IMG/VR virus record: IMGVR_UViG_3300017917_004426
Span: 566 to 64,565 of that record
DNA from: a virus
Taxonomy: Duplodnaviria; Caudoviricetes
Strand: one strand, 5' to 3'
Length of the DNA: 64,000 nt
The notes beneath the pieces are model-generated. The model was not told the DNA's origin, made no database searches, and saw nothing but the letters and a program-made list of their open reading frames with translations. A program made the translations under genes and the position numbers. Shown here piece by piece: positions 19,101 to 27,649 of the stretch. The number at the start of each line of letters is the position of its first letter. Position 1 is the stretch's first letter.

Positions 19101-20185
19101 ATGTAACTGGTTTGATAAGTGCCAGCGGTAACATTACCGGTGGTAATTTATTGACTGGTGGATTAATCAGTTCAACTGGAAACATTACCAGTGCTGCTAA
19201 CGTAGCAGGCGCCAATGTGATTTCTACTGGTTTGGTCACAGCCACCGGCAACATTGTGACTACTGCCAACGTGTCTGGCGGCAATGTGCTGAGTTCAGCA
19301 TTGATTCAAGGTGTCACATTGAGTGCCAGTGGCAACGTGAACGGCGCCAATATAACCACAGCAGGATTAATAAGTGCCACTGGCAACATTACAGGCTCAA
19401 ATATTCTAACTGGTGGCCTGGTCAGTGCCACAGGTAATATTACCAGTGCTGCTAATATTGCAGGTGGTAACGCAATTATTACAACTTTGGTGCAAGGCAC
19501 GACACTATCTGCTACAGGTAACGTTAATACAGTGGGCATAGTTGGTACTGGTAACATCTCTACAACTGGTAATATCTCTGGTGGCAACTTGTTGGCAGCA
19601 GGTTTGAGTTTGAGTTCAAACGTATTGAGTGCTATTAACTTAACAAGCACTATTATCACAACTGCTAACATTACTGGTGGTAATTTGAGTGTTGGCACTG
19701 GTACAATCACTGGTGGTAACATTGTCAACTCGAACGCCAATGGTGTTGGTAATATTGGAAGTGCAACCGTTTACTTCAATACTGTTTTTGCTAAAGCCAC
19801 ATCAGCACAATATGCTGACTTGGCAGAAAGTTATGCTGCTGATGCAGAATATTCACCAGGTACTGTGTTGACATTTGGCGGCACAAAGGAAGTCACTATT
19901 TCAACTGCGTCTAGCGACGCTAGAGTGGCCGGTGTTGTGTCTACTAACCCAGCTCATGTAATGAATGCGGGACTAGATGTTGAGCATGTGGCGGTAGTGG
20001 CTCTTACAGGTCGTGTGCCAACTAGTGTTGTGGGCACAGTACGCAAAGGAGACATGATGGTATCAGGCGGCAACGGCTATGCACAGGCATGTGCTACACC
20101 TGCTATGGGCACTGTAATTGGCAAGGCGCTTGAAGACTTTGACGGTGAGTCTGGTGTTATTGAGATTGTTGTTGGTAGATTATAA
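16133..20185 (+). CDS. Tail fibre protein with a C-terminal intramolecular-chaperone (Peptidase G2-like) domain
   Basis: GNITGGN repeats; C-terminal ADLAE.Y...PGTVL...VAGVVSTNPA..MN...ALTGRVP...KGD...IGKALE motif. Confidence 0.8.
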   Translation: MAIQLDGTTGISTTGNIVADGSLTVGTFAPSSLSAPGNVTGANLNTSGQLSVGGNAIVAGDLTVTGNASLSGNIVGDKITNGTTSVEIQTPNGNANITIGGTSNVAVFSTTGAFITGVVSANGNITGGNINAAGLSLSSNVVSALNSTSDITTTANISGGNLSGTNIVGTLTTASQTNITSVGTLGSLSVSGNTTSGNLITSGVYNSAGNSSVFFQNNNTNSANVVVSQAGANGSIVIRIGESTVTPGTFGLFANGVIATTSNLTGANISTGGVVSASGNITGGNLNAAGLSLSSNVVSALNSTSNITTTANVQANYFVGTFAGNISGNITAPGSNTQVVFNNDGNAAASSAFTFNSTSNVVSVFGNVIGNNILANSVISATGNIISNTGLYVGAGATTSGLTNPIIVAEATGLAYVQVAARNTANTGSADMVTYADNGDDTRAWTDMGMAGSGFNDTAYTITNANDGYVFVQGNADGTGGNLVLATGNLGNAADIVFATGGFLDANEKMRFINATGQFWIETATNATSATSGALKVSGGAGIAGNAYVGGLISAAGNVTGGNLSGTSITGSVVSASGTITGGNLATGGTASAGGNITGANILTGGLISAAGNITGGNILGGANVNATSLTGTTVSVSGNITGGNISSVANITGGNVNTNKIVGTALTLISTGDLTLSTTGNINANNEYINNVPSPVQDGDAVNKLYVDGLVTTGFAFHQPVYAATNTTLASATGGTITYTQPNGAGNGIGATLTTTGSFNLIDTANIQTIGTRVLVKDEGNAVYNGVYTWANSTAIVRSTDTDEYGADSTQALSLNDYFFVQSGNVNAGSAYIVSAPAGTITFGTSNITFAQFSSSQVYTANTSAGISLNGTVINALVDNVTTAFSSGNIVVKTGAQLTTPNIGAATGTSLSTTGNVTGGNILTGGIVSATGNITGNYFFGNGSQLTGIDATSIQNGTSNVRVVSSGGNVAVSIGGTSNVAVYATTGEYVTGLISASGNITGGNLLTGGLISSTGNITSAANVAGANVISTGLVTATGNIVTTANVSGGNVLSSALIQGVTLSASGNVNGANITTAGLISATGNITGSNILTGGLVSATGNITSAANIAGGNAIITTLVQGTTLSATGNVNTVGIVGTGNISTTGNISGGNLLAAGLSLSSNVLSAINLTSTIITTANITGGNLSVGTGTITGGNIVNSNANGVGNIGSATVYFNTVFAKATSAQYADLAESYAADAEYSPGTVLTFGGTKEVTISTASSDARVAGVVSTNPAHVMNAGLDVEHVAVVALTGRVPTSVVGTVRKGDMMVSGGNGYAQACATPAMGTVIGKALEDFDGESGVIEIVVGRL

Positions 20186-20659
20186 ACTGGTCAATTCTGT
20201 GCGCTCTACAGAAACCAATTTTTGTTGAACAGCGTCAATGTTTACAGTGTTCCACAATCCAGGATGCATGGGCTTGGGCCATACGCCGGCTTGAATCCAT
20301 GCATGTCCAATGTGCTCGTCATTTAGCACAGGCACAAATTCTCTATCTAATACACAAACCCAAGTGTGATATTCAAACACACCATCTGCTGATGTAAACT
20401 TTTCTAACGGCACAAGTCTGTGATATTCAGGAAAATGCCCTAATTCTTCCATGCATTCTCTTTCCATACCACCTAACAACGTTTCGCCTGATTCAACCTT
20501 GCCCCCAGGCAAGCCCCAGGTTTCTGGATGCTTGGTATCATTGCGTAGCAGATACAGGTAACGGCCCGTACTCCGGGATAAAAACCAAACGCCTACTGCT
20601 TTTACAGTACTAAACTCCAGGCTCCGGGTGGGTAGACTCCTTGATAACTTTTTATCCAT
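20180..20659 (-). CDS. Nudix hydrolase
   Basis: Nudix box WGLPGGKVESGETLLGGMERECMEELG; start uncertain because it overlaps the end of the upstream gene. Confidence 0.85.
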   Translation of the reverse strand: MDKKLSRSLPTRSLEFSTVKAVGVWFLSRSTGRYLYLLRNDTKHPETWGLPGGKVESGETLLGGMERECMEELGHFPEYHRLVPLEKFTSADGVFEYHTWVCVLDREFVPVLNDEHIGHAWIQAGVWPKPMHPGLWNTVNIDAVQQKLVSVERTELTSL

Positions 20660-22020
20660 TGTTGACCAGTCCATTCATATTGTGTACCAGTAGTTATGTT
20701 TGTAACATACTGAGTGGCAGTTTCGTCGGCAGCCACAAATACCACACGCCAGCGTGTGCCATTCCACTCAATGATGTCGTTGGCATAAGCAATCAATGGC
20801 TGTCCACCTGTACCGTCCCAAGCATTGGGGTTATCGACGTTGTCCCAATTGCCGGTATCCTCAGTCAATAAATATCTAACACCCACCACAGGTGCGGGCA
20901 ATCCAGTGCCGGGCCCGCTGGCCAATGGATTGATAATAGCATCAATTGGTGCCAGGGTGTTTTGTGGTGCTGTGTCTGGGTCGGGAGTAAAAATTACCAA
21001 TCTGTCATCGTCGGGGTTGATCACTATGGTACCAACAATAGGATTGGCAGTATCTGGTGCGGCTATCGGGGGACGATTCAGTCTAATTTGGCTGATACCA
21101 GGACGCAACACGCCATATGCTGAAATCACAGCAGGCCACAGTAGTGGTGAATCGGCCACAATAGCAGTGGGATCTAAATCTTCATAGCCACCATTGGGCA
21201 CAATTGTAGGGTTGTATAACACTTGAATCTGATTGTCAATCACAACCAGTTTATAGTTCCATGGTGTGAACATTTGTCTTGTGCCCAACAACAAGTCATT
21301 GTTGGTGATAGCATCGATAGCATCACCGCTGGCATCAAAAATACCAGCAATAATTCTTTCTACCACACCCAGTTTCTTGATTTTAGCCGGTGACGAAATC
21401 CATATTGGCATGGAAAATTTGATGCTGGCAATATCAATGGGATTTTCTGTGCCCATTGGTATGGTTCTTGAACTCCATGATAACTGATCCAAATATAACA
21501 CACTCAAACTTGACCAGTCAATGTAGTTGTCAGTGCTTTGTAATTCCAGTGAAGGATTGAACAGTGTTAAAATCTGTTCGAGTATTTGCAATTTCTGATT
21601 GGTGTTAGAAGTCCAAATGTCCAAAGTGACACTGAGCTTGTAAGGCACAGGCATCAAGCGTTCGATAGTAAACGCATTGCCTTGTGTGGTCTCGTAAGTT
21701 TCGGTGTTGGAATCATAAGTGCGTTGGCGCACACTGAATCGGTCTACAAATGTGGGATCTTGAATGCGCGGACGATCATATTCAAGATTGTTGATGTAGA
21801 ACGTCATTAGCGGTGTTGATGGTAATGAACTTGCAGAGTTTTCTTGAATGATGGTTTGAGCATTGCGACTGGCATCACCATAGCGCACAGGCACACGCAA
21901 CAGGGTGGCTTTATTCACTCCGTCGGTTTCATTGCCATACTCAACTTGGAACCCTGAAAAAATTCTGGTAAATTGCAGTAGGAACCTGCGTATTTGTGCA
22001 TCGTAAAAAAATTGTTGCAT
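20602..22020 (-). CDS. gp15: Tail sheath stabiliser / tail completion protein with a C-terminal extension
   Basis: FFYDAQIRR...VPVRYG...MPVPY.L...LDIW...QKLQILEQIL.LFNP pattern of the gp15 family; follows the gp14-like gene. Confidence 0.75.
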   Translation of the reverse strand: MQQFFYDAQIRRFLLQFTRIFSGFQVEYGNETDGVNKATLLRVPVRYGDASRNAQTIIQENSASSLPSTPLMTFYINNLEYDRPRIQDPTFVDRFSVRQRTYDSNTETYETTQGNAFTIERLMPVPYKLSVTLDIWTSNTNQKLQILEQILTLFNPSLELQSTDNYIDWSSLSVLYLDQLSWSSRTIPMGTENPIDIASIKFSMPIWISSPAKIKKLGVVERIIAGIFDASGDAIDAITNNDLLLGTRQMFTPWNYKLVVIDNQIQVLYNPTIVPNGGYEDLDPTAIVADSPLLWPAVISAYGVLRPGISQIRLNRPPIAAPDTANPIVGTIVINPDDDRLVIFTPDPDTAPQNTLAPIDAIINPLASGPGTGLPAPVVGVRYLLTEDTGNWDNVDNPNAWDGTGGQPLIAYANDIIEWNGTRWRVVFVAADETATQYVTNITTGTQYEWTGQQWIKSYQGVYPPGAWSLVL

Positions 22021-22022
22021 GT

Positions 22023-23381
22023 TTATCTTGAAAAAGGTGGCGGTGGGTTAGGTGGCAAAAAGCCGCCTTGGTCCCCGTTGTCTGCTTTGGGTTTGAGAGC
22101 CTGACTCAAACTCTGACGCTGTGGTATAGCACCCAAGTCAGTGGTATTGGTAGTGTATGTATTGTTCACAAAGCCTGAGCGTTGAGTTTGATTGGTTGGT
22201 CCATTGTCTAATTGTGTTCTGACTTTTTCTTCAATCTTGATCCACATACGACCGTTGAAACGGAACAGTCTGTTGGGCTTGTAATCCAATCTCAAACAGT
22301 AATCTCCAGCCACTGGATTTGGCGGGAAAGTTACACCTGGAGTAACAGGCAAGCCGTTGGGAGCCTTGCCATCACCAGTGAGATAGCCCGCAGTGTATCC
22401 ATCTGCTCGTGGTGTGACATTCATACCACCTTGTGTGCCATCCACGGTGGTGCCACCCATGGTGTACAAACTGCTGGGGTTGGCAGGTTGACCATTTTCT
22501 AAAGTAGCCACAACATAAAACTTTTCAACATCATAGCCACTTAGTGGCACTTCCACATTGGCCTGCGCAAGAATATCGTCATTGATCTGTTGATCTTTGG
22601 GACGAGTACTCTGCATGTCTGATATTGTAGGTGGAGTATATTCACGCCAGAATTCAGTGTTGGTAATGTCTGTGCCAGCAGGTGTGTTCTTGATGGCTTG
22701 ATAATAAACATCGCCATAGTTTACAATGCTGCCACCAGGATAGAAATCGCCCGGATCCCAGATGTATTCAGCCACAAAAGGCTTGTTTAAAATGTTGCTG
22801 TATTCTTGTGCGTTTGTGAGTGGTGTGGCTTTCACACGCCACAAGTGCGGCAACCAAGTTTGGCTAAAACCTTCTGACGCAAAGTTGGCATCTTGAATCA
22901 CATAGTATCTGGGCAGGGCCAGCGGCAAGGCCGGATTCAACGGATTGTAATCTTTCAAATTTGGCACTTCAATCACATCACCGTTCATGAGCTTGCGACC
23001 AAATGTGTCAATCATGTCGTTGTAGTGAAAAGTGATGAACAGTGTGTCAGAGTTTAGGAATAATCCAAATTGTGTTAGGTCAAAGTCCACATCCTGCACA
23101 CGATAAACACCGCGCATGACGTAAATGTCTGGATCGTAAATTCTGTCGCGATTTTCCAGCAACAGCAAGTCTTGTATGTTTAATGGACTTTGTGTGTCAT
23201 AAATGGGCTGTGTGACGTCATAGTTGCCTGACAGCGCAGAGTCGTCGCCGCCAGTTTGCGGGCCCAGGTATTTGTGAACGTAGATATCCAAGCCGCCCAC
23301 AGTGTACATTTCACTGATGGTACGATCCATGAATTGATAGTCTCGTGTGCGATTTGGGCGGTATAAACTTAGGCGTGGCAT
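22023..23381 (-). CDS. gp14: Neck / head-closure protein
   Basis: FDLTQFGLFL.SDTLFITFH...GDVIEVP motif; adjacent to the gp15-like gene. Confidence 0.7.
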   Translation of the reverse strand: MPRLSLYRPNRTRDYQFMDRTISEMYTVGGLDIYVHKYLGPQTGGDDSALSGNYDVTQPIYDTQSPLNIQDLLLLENRDRIYDPDIYVMRGVYRVQDVDFDLTQFGLFLNSDTLFITFHYNDMIDTFGRKLMNGDVIEVPNLKDYNPLNPALPLALPRYYVIQDANFASEGFSQTWLPHLWRVKATPLTNAQEYSNILNKPFVAEYIWDPGDFYPGGSIVNYGDVYYQAIKNTPAGTDITNTEFWREYTPPTISDMQSTRPKDQQINDDILAQANVEVPLSGYDVEKFYVVATLENGQPANPSSLYTMGGTTVDGTQGGMNVTPRADGYTAGYLTGDGKAPNGLPVTPGVTFPPNPVAGDYCLRLDYKPNRLFRFNGRMWIKIEEKVRTQLDNGPTNQTQRSGFVNNTYTTNTTDLGAIPQRQSLSQALKPKADNGDQGGFLPPNPPPPFSR

Positions 23382-23401
23382 AGTGTATATTTATGGGCAG
23401 G

Positions 23402-23430
23402 TTGACCAATAAATCCTGATCTGCTACAAT
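23402..23430 (+). promoter_or_regulatory. Sigma70-type (early) promoter
   Basis: TTGACC-17-TACAAT with TG upstream of -10; ATG 7 nt later. Confidence 0.7.
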
Positions 23431-23437
23431 TGGCATT

Positions 23438-23716
23438 ATGAAAGTGGTAAAACTCAATCGCAGATTCAAACAATTTAGGGAAAACGGGCACACCGTTGCC
23501 CTGCGTTTTCCCTACTACACCCCCGACGTTGACAGGGTAGAGAACATAGTTAAACAACGACTGGGTGGCGCAGGCTACGATCGCCAAGCAGATTGGTGCA
23601 GTTATTTTGGTGCCGCAAACGGGCACTCAGACCGTAAAACTTTTTGGATCACATTCCGCAGGGAGTCTGATCTTACTTTAGTATTACTTTCTGCCAACTT
23701 GACCAAAAATTCCTGA
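23438..23716 (+). CDS. Hypothetical protein
   Basis: 92-aa ORF directly after a sigma70-type promoter. Confidence 0.65.
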   Translation: MKVVKLNRRFKQFRENGHTVALRFPYYTPDVDRVENIVKQRLGGAGYDRQADWCSYFGAANGHSDRKTFWITFRRESDLTLVLLSANLTKNS

Positions 23717-23727
23717 CGTGCTATAAT
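23699..23727 (+). promoter_or_regulatory. Sigma70-type (early) promoter
   Basis: TTGACC-17-TATAAT with TG; spacer very similar to the 23402 promoter. Confidence 0.75.
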
Positions 23728-23754
23728 ACACACTTGTTCACTACAGGAGTCTGT

Positions 23755-24042
23755 ATGAAAAAGGCAGCAAATTTTGTTGCAAAGTACTCTACTGCCAACA
23801 AGTCTAAGGCTGTTCTGCCCTATGACAGAATAAAAGCCACAGAAAAATGGCTGGAGTACAGTCTGGACATTGTTGACATGAATAAAATTTTAATGACGTC
23901 AGACTTTAACACCAAATGGCAGTTAATGGAGGCTTTAGACATTGCAGAGCGCAAACGCAAATACATGTATAATCACAAAAACTTTAACCTCAAACGTGCC
24001 ATGCAATTGTTTGAATTGTGCAAAGATTTACCTGTAAAATAA
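23755..24042 (+). CDS. Hypothetical protein
   Basis: SD AGGAG before ATG 23755; 95 aa. Confidence 0.65.
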   Translation: MKKAANFVAKYSTANKSKAVLPYDRIKATEKWLEYSLDIVDMNKILMTSDFNTKWQLMEALDIAERKRKYMYNHKNFNLKRAMQLFELCKDLPVK

Positions 24043-24054
24043 GTAAGGACACAC

Positions 24055-25188
24055 ATGAGCACCACATTTAAAATCAAACTGTTGAACCCCCGCAGTTCTG
24101 ACACCAACATTCTGGGCCTGGAGCCAACCTGGCACATTCAGCCCACTGAGTACCGTGCTAGTAGGTTGAGCAAAGCATTTTCTTGGTACAACTATTTCTA
24201 CGGCAAAAAAGATGCCCGGGACATGATTGTGAACTATTTGGAAGCACATGATCGCAGGGCAGATGTGCGACTGCTCAAAGGCATTCCAGATTCAGCAATT
24301 CGTTTAACCACAGGTTGGCTGTGCCGCATGACCATGGTGGGCTTGGAACTTTCTGATGCTGAACAGGTAAAACTGCAAAGGCAACTGAGAGAAATACTGG
24401 ACAGCAAGCAGACTGAAGTCACAGAAGTTGTAGAAGAGCCTGTGACAAACAAGCCCAACATCCAGGATCGACTGCGTGAAAAAGCGTCAGAGTGCAATGG
24501 CGAACTGGACGGCATGTTTGACGAGTTCATGTTGAGCGGCGCCAAAATGACTGCGGACTTCAAACCTGTCACAATCATGCGTGGATTGAATGTAGCACCG
24601 CAAATGATCAGCCAAATTGCTGACAACTGGAAACGCAAACTCTCAGAGTTTGAAGCAGTAGCGGAAGGCAAGGACCCGCAACTGGTGGAAGCATACAGCC
24701 ATCTTTCCAAAATACAACTGCGGAATGTTGTGAAGTTTTGCGAAGCAGTGGTAAATGACTGTGGTGCTTATGTGCAGATCAAGAAAGTGGAACGCAAGCC
24801 ACGCAAAGTCAAGGCAGTACCACCAGAGAAACGTGCGGCCAAGTTCAAGATTCTCACAGAATTTGCTGAACTCAAACTCAAGAGCCAGCCCGCCGCAAGC
24901 CTTGTGGACAAAGCAGAAGCATGGTTGTATGACAGCAAAAAACGCAAACTGATCCACTTGGTTGCTGACAGCCATACACAGTCTTTCACAGTAAAAAATA
25001 ACTCAATCATTGGATTTTCAACTGTGGAAACAGTGCAAAAAACTCTGCGCAAGCCAGCAGAACAACTCAAAGGCATCATAGGTGCAGGCAAGCCAGCCGC
25101 TCGCAAAGCATTCAAAGATATCAAAGCCACAGAAACTGCTTGGAATGCTCGTGGCACAGAGAACTTGATCATCCTCAAGAGTTGGTAA
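24055..25188 (+). CDS. Hypothetical basic protein
   Basis: 377-aa ORF with SD TAAGGA; no family recognised. Confidence 0.75.
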   Translation: MSTTFKIKLLNPRSSDTNILGLEPTWHIQPTEYRASRLSKAFSWYNYFYGKKDARDMIVNYLEAHDRRADVRLLKGIPDSAIRLTTGWLCRMTMVGLELSDAEQVKLQRQLREILDSKQTEVTEVVEEPVTNKPNIQDRLREKASECNGELDGMFDEFMLSGAKMTADFKPVTIMRGLNVAPQMISQIADNWKRKLSEFEAVAEGKDPQLVEAYSHLSKIQLRNVVKFCEAVVNDCGAYVQIKKVERKPRKVKAVPPEKRAAKFKILTEFAELKLKSQPAASLVDKAEAWLYDSKKRKLIHLVADSHTQSFTVKNNSIIGFSTVETVQKTLRKPAEQLKGIIGAGKPAARKAFKDIKATETAWNARGTENLIILKSW

Positions 25189-25212
25189 ATATAGGGACAC
25201 GGAGTCCCTATG
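25186..25212 (+). promoter_or_regulatory. Late promoter overlapping a hairpin that covers the gp13 start
   Basis: TAAATA at 25186-25191; stem ATAGGGAC/GTCCCTAT includes the AT of ATG 25210. Confidence 0.7.
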
Positions 25213-25977
25213 GCAGAACAGCAAGACACACTATCTCAGCTCAAGCAAAATCTCATCGAGTATGTACAGCTTCAACTGGGCAGTCAAATCATTGACTTGG
25301 AATTGGATCCAGCACACTACGAAGCCGCATATACCAAAACAATTGGCACTTACCGCCAACGAGCACAAAACGCCTACGAGGAAAGTTATAGTTTTTTCAC
25401 CTTAGTAAAAGATGAAAACATCTACACACTGCCCCAAGAGGTGGTAAGTGTGCGCCAGTGTTTTCGCAGAACTTTTGGCGATGCCACTGGTCCTTATGCG
25501 TCAAACTTTGATCCGTTTGCTCAAGCAAGTTTGAACGTTTATTTGATGAACTTCAACGTGGCTGGCGGTCTTGCTACCTACGACTTTTACAGCCAGTATG
25601 TTGAATTGGCCGGCAGAATGTTTGGTGCCTATTTCAACTACACATTCAACCCTGTGACCAAAAAATTACAGTTGATTCGTGATCCTAAAAACACCGGCGA
25701 GGCTGTGCTGATTTGGACTTACAATTTGAAACCCGAAATCAACTTGTTAAGCGATTTTCAAATTTCCCAATGGATTCGAGATTACATGGTTGCCAACTGC
25801 AAAATGATAATCGGTGAAGCACGTGAAAAGTTTGGCACCATTGCTGGACCACAAGGTGGCGGCACCCTAAACGGCACTGCCATGAAAGCAGAAGCCAAAA
25901 CAGCCATGGACGAACTGATTGGTCAATTGGTCAACTATGTGGATGCCAGCCAACCCTTGACCTGGGTAATTGGTTAA
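25210..25977 (+). CDS. gp13: Neck protein
   Basis: L.EYVQLQLG..IIDLEL...WIRDY..A..K..IGE..EKFG...GPQGG.TLNG pattern. Confidence 0.85.
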   Translation: MAEQQDTLSQLKQNLIEYVQLQLGSQIIDLELDPAHYEAAYTKTIGTYRQRAQNAYEESYSFFTLVKDENIYTLPQEVVSVRQCFRRTFGDATGPYASNFDPFAQASLNVYLMNFNVAGGLATYDFYSQYVELAGRMFGAYFNYTFNPVTKKLQLIRDPKNTGEAVLIWTYNLKPEINLLSDFQISQWIRDYMVANCKMIIGEAREKFGTIAGPQGGGTLNGTAMKAEAKTAMDELIGQLVNYVDASQPLTWVIG

Positions 25978-27095
25978 TGAATTTTTATCATCGCGATATT
26001 GATTGGGTATTTTCGCCAGATTTTGATTTAGAACTCAGTGTCGACAGGACCATACGTGCCTGTCGTGGACACAATGCCAACCTAATGGTGGCCATGCTGT
26101 TTTGGGAACCACATCAGGTTACGCCAGATGTTGAATATAGAATGCACTATTTGGTCACCCAGTTACAAAAAGCAGGAATAGACACAGTAGGCTTGATGCA
26201 TCACAGTTATGGGGATTTAACAACAGTTCCCTTTTTAGAACTGCTCAAAGTTGATTGGTGCTTGTGGAAAACGTGGAACTTAATCAAGGTACAGCAAGTT
26301 AGCAAACAAAACACACGTTGGAACGAGCAAGCAGACAAATTTTTATTTCTAACTGGCAAACCCTACAGACGCAATCGAGCGCGGCTGTTATGGAAGTTGA
26401 TCAATGCAGGACTAAAAGATCGCATGACATGGAGTTTGTTTTGCCACGGAACAGACATCGAACACACATATGACATCATTCCTGAATTGCCAAAGGCAGA
26501 ATTACGTGCGTGGGTCGACGAACATTTGTCTAACCCAGACAACATAGAACTAGTGATAAGAGACACTCCAACTATGAGTGCTCACTATCAAGGATTTCCT
26601 TACGATCACAAATTATTTGAGAATACACTATTTAGGCTGGTGTCCGAAACCAGTTTCCGACATGACAACGAAATAGCAATTCATCAGTACCCCACAGAAA
26701 AATTTTATGTCACAGCATTCAACAGCCAACCATGGATTCTGGCAGGAGATTCGGGCCTGTTAGATCATTTGGAAGAAGTGGGATTTGATGGGTTCCGTTG
26801 GGCTTTGAGCGAACAGTATGATCACATTCATCATGCAGAAAACAGAATGGATGCCATTGTGAGATGCACAAAATCTTGGGCAGAGTCTGGTATTCCAGAC
26901 CACAGTAAAATACGCAAAGGCGTAGAACACAATGTTCGACATGCTGAAGCAATGGCGCAAGACCTTTATGCCAAATTAGACTCATTGAACCAACGGTACA
27001 AGTTGGGTTTTGATGATTTAACCGATCTGTTTCCTGTGTTAGATAGAGATCCTTATGTGGTGAAATATCACGGTTTTCTTCCAGAATACATGTAG
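25977..27095 (+). CDS. Hypothetical glycosyltransferase-like protein (paralog of 466 and 44216)
   Basis: FLFLTGKP...R, LVSET...PTEKFY...PWIL...GFDGF motifs; ends in TAG. Confidence 0.55.
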   Translation: MNFYHRDIDWVFSPDFDLELSVDRTIRACRGHNANLMVAMLFWEPHQVTPDVEYRMHYLVTQLQKAGIDTVGLMHHSYGDLTTVPFLELLKVDWCLWKTWNLIKVQQVSKQNTRWNEQADKFLFLTGKPYRRNRARLLWKLINAGLKDRMTWSLFCHGTDIEHTYDIIPELPKAELRAWVDEHLSNPDNIELVIRDTPTMSAHYQGFPYDHKLFENTLFRLVSETSFRHDNEIAIHQYPTEKFYVTAFNSQPWILAGDSGLLDHLEEVGFDGFRWALSEQYDHIHHAENRMDAIVRCTKSWAESGIPDHSKIRKGVEHNVRHAEAMAQDLYAKLDSLNQRYKLGFDDLTDLFPVLDRDPYVVKYHGFLPEYM

Positions 27096-27121
27096 ACAAG
27101 TTTTGAAATATAGTCTATAAT
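27093..27121 (+). promoter_or_regulatory. Sigma70-type promoter
   Basis: TAGACA-17-TATAAT; ATG 6 nt later with no SD. Confidence 0.6.
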
Positions 27122-27127
27122 ACAGTT

Positions 27128-27649
27128 ATGGACTTGATGATTGATTTAGAGGGCTTGGGAACCGGCCCTGACACTACTATTCTTACCATTGCCGCCCAAG
27201 CATTTGATCCGTTTGGCTCTGGTTATTACGATCAGTCATACTATGCCAGAGTCACACTGGAAAGTCAAGAAACTCGTAGCATACAACAAGGAACTATTGA
27301 ATGGTGGGCCACACAACCTGCTGTGGTGCGTGACGAGGCGTTTGCTGAAGAAGACCGTATACCGTTAGATGAGGCATTGGACGGACTGGGCCGGTTAATT
27401 TGGCACTCCAAGCGCATTTGGGCTCAAGGCCCAACTTATGACATGAACATACTTGAGCATGCCTATAAGAGTTATAACAAACCCTTGCCTTGGCAGTACT
27501 ACATGGTGCGTGACAGCCGTACAGTGTTTTCACTGTGGCCTGATCAACCCATCCCGCCTACCAGCCACCATGCACTAGAAGATTGCCGCAGACAAATTGA
27601 CATGCTACAAAACACACTTCGATACCTTAATGTTTGCGAACTAAAATGA
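27128..27649 (+). CDS. DEDDh 3'-5' exonuclease (ExoVIII/Rv2179c-like)
   Basis: LMIDLE.LG, WAQGPTYD, RDSRT and HHALEDC motifs. Confidence 0.85.
   Translation: MDLMIDLEGLGTGPDTTILTIAAQAFDPFGSGYYDQSYYARVTLESQETRSIQQGTIEWWATQPAVVRDEAFAEEDRIPLDEALDGLGRLIWHSKRIWAQGPTYDMNILEHAYKSYNKPLPWQYYMVRDSRTVFSLWPDQPIPPTSHHALEDCRRQIDMLQNTLRYLNVCELK

Noticed and set aside
12990-19700. CRISPR-like array
   Set aside because: The repeats are in-frame, degenerate coding repeats without fixed repeat-spacer periodicity.
4916-19740. Long antisense ORFs (LPPVILP-rich) opposite the fibre genes
   Set aside because: They are shadows of the repetitive GGN/AAY/ACN codons on the coding strand, with no RBS or independent motifs.
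4965-20185. Diversity-generating retroelement acting on the Mtd_N-like fibres
   Set aside because: No reverse transcriptase is present in the window, and the repeated blocks differ at synonymous positions rather than specifically at adenines.
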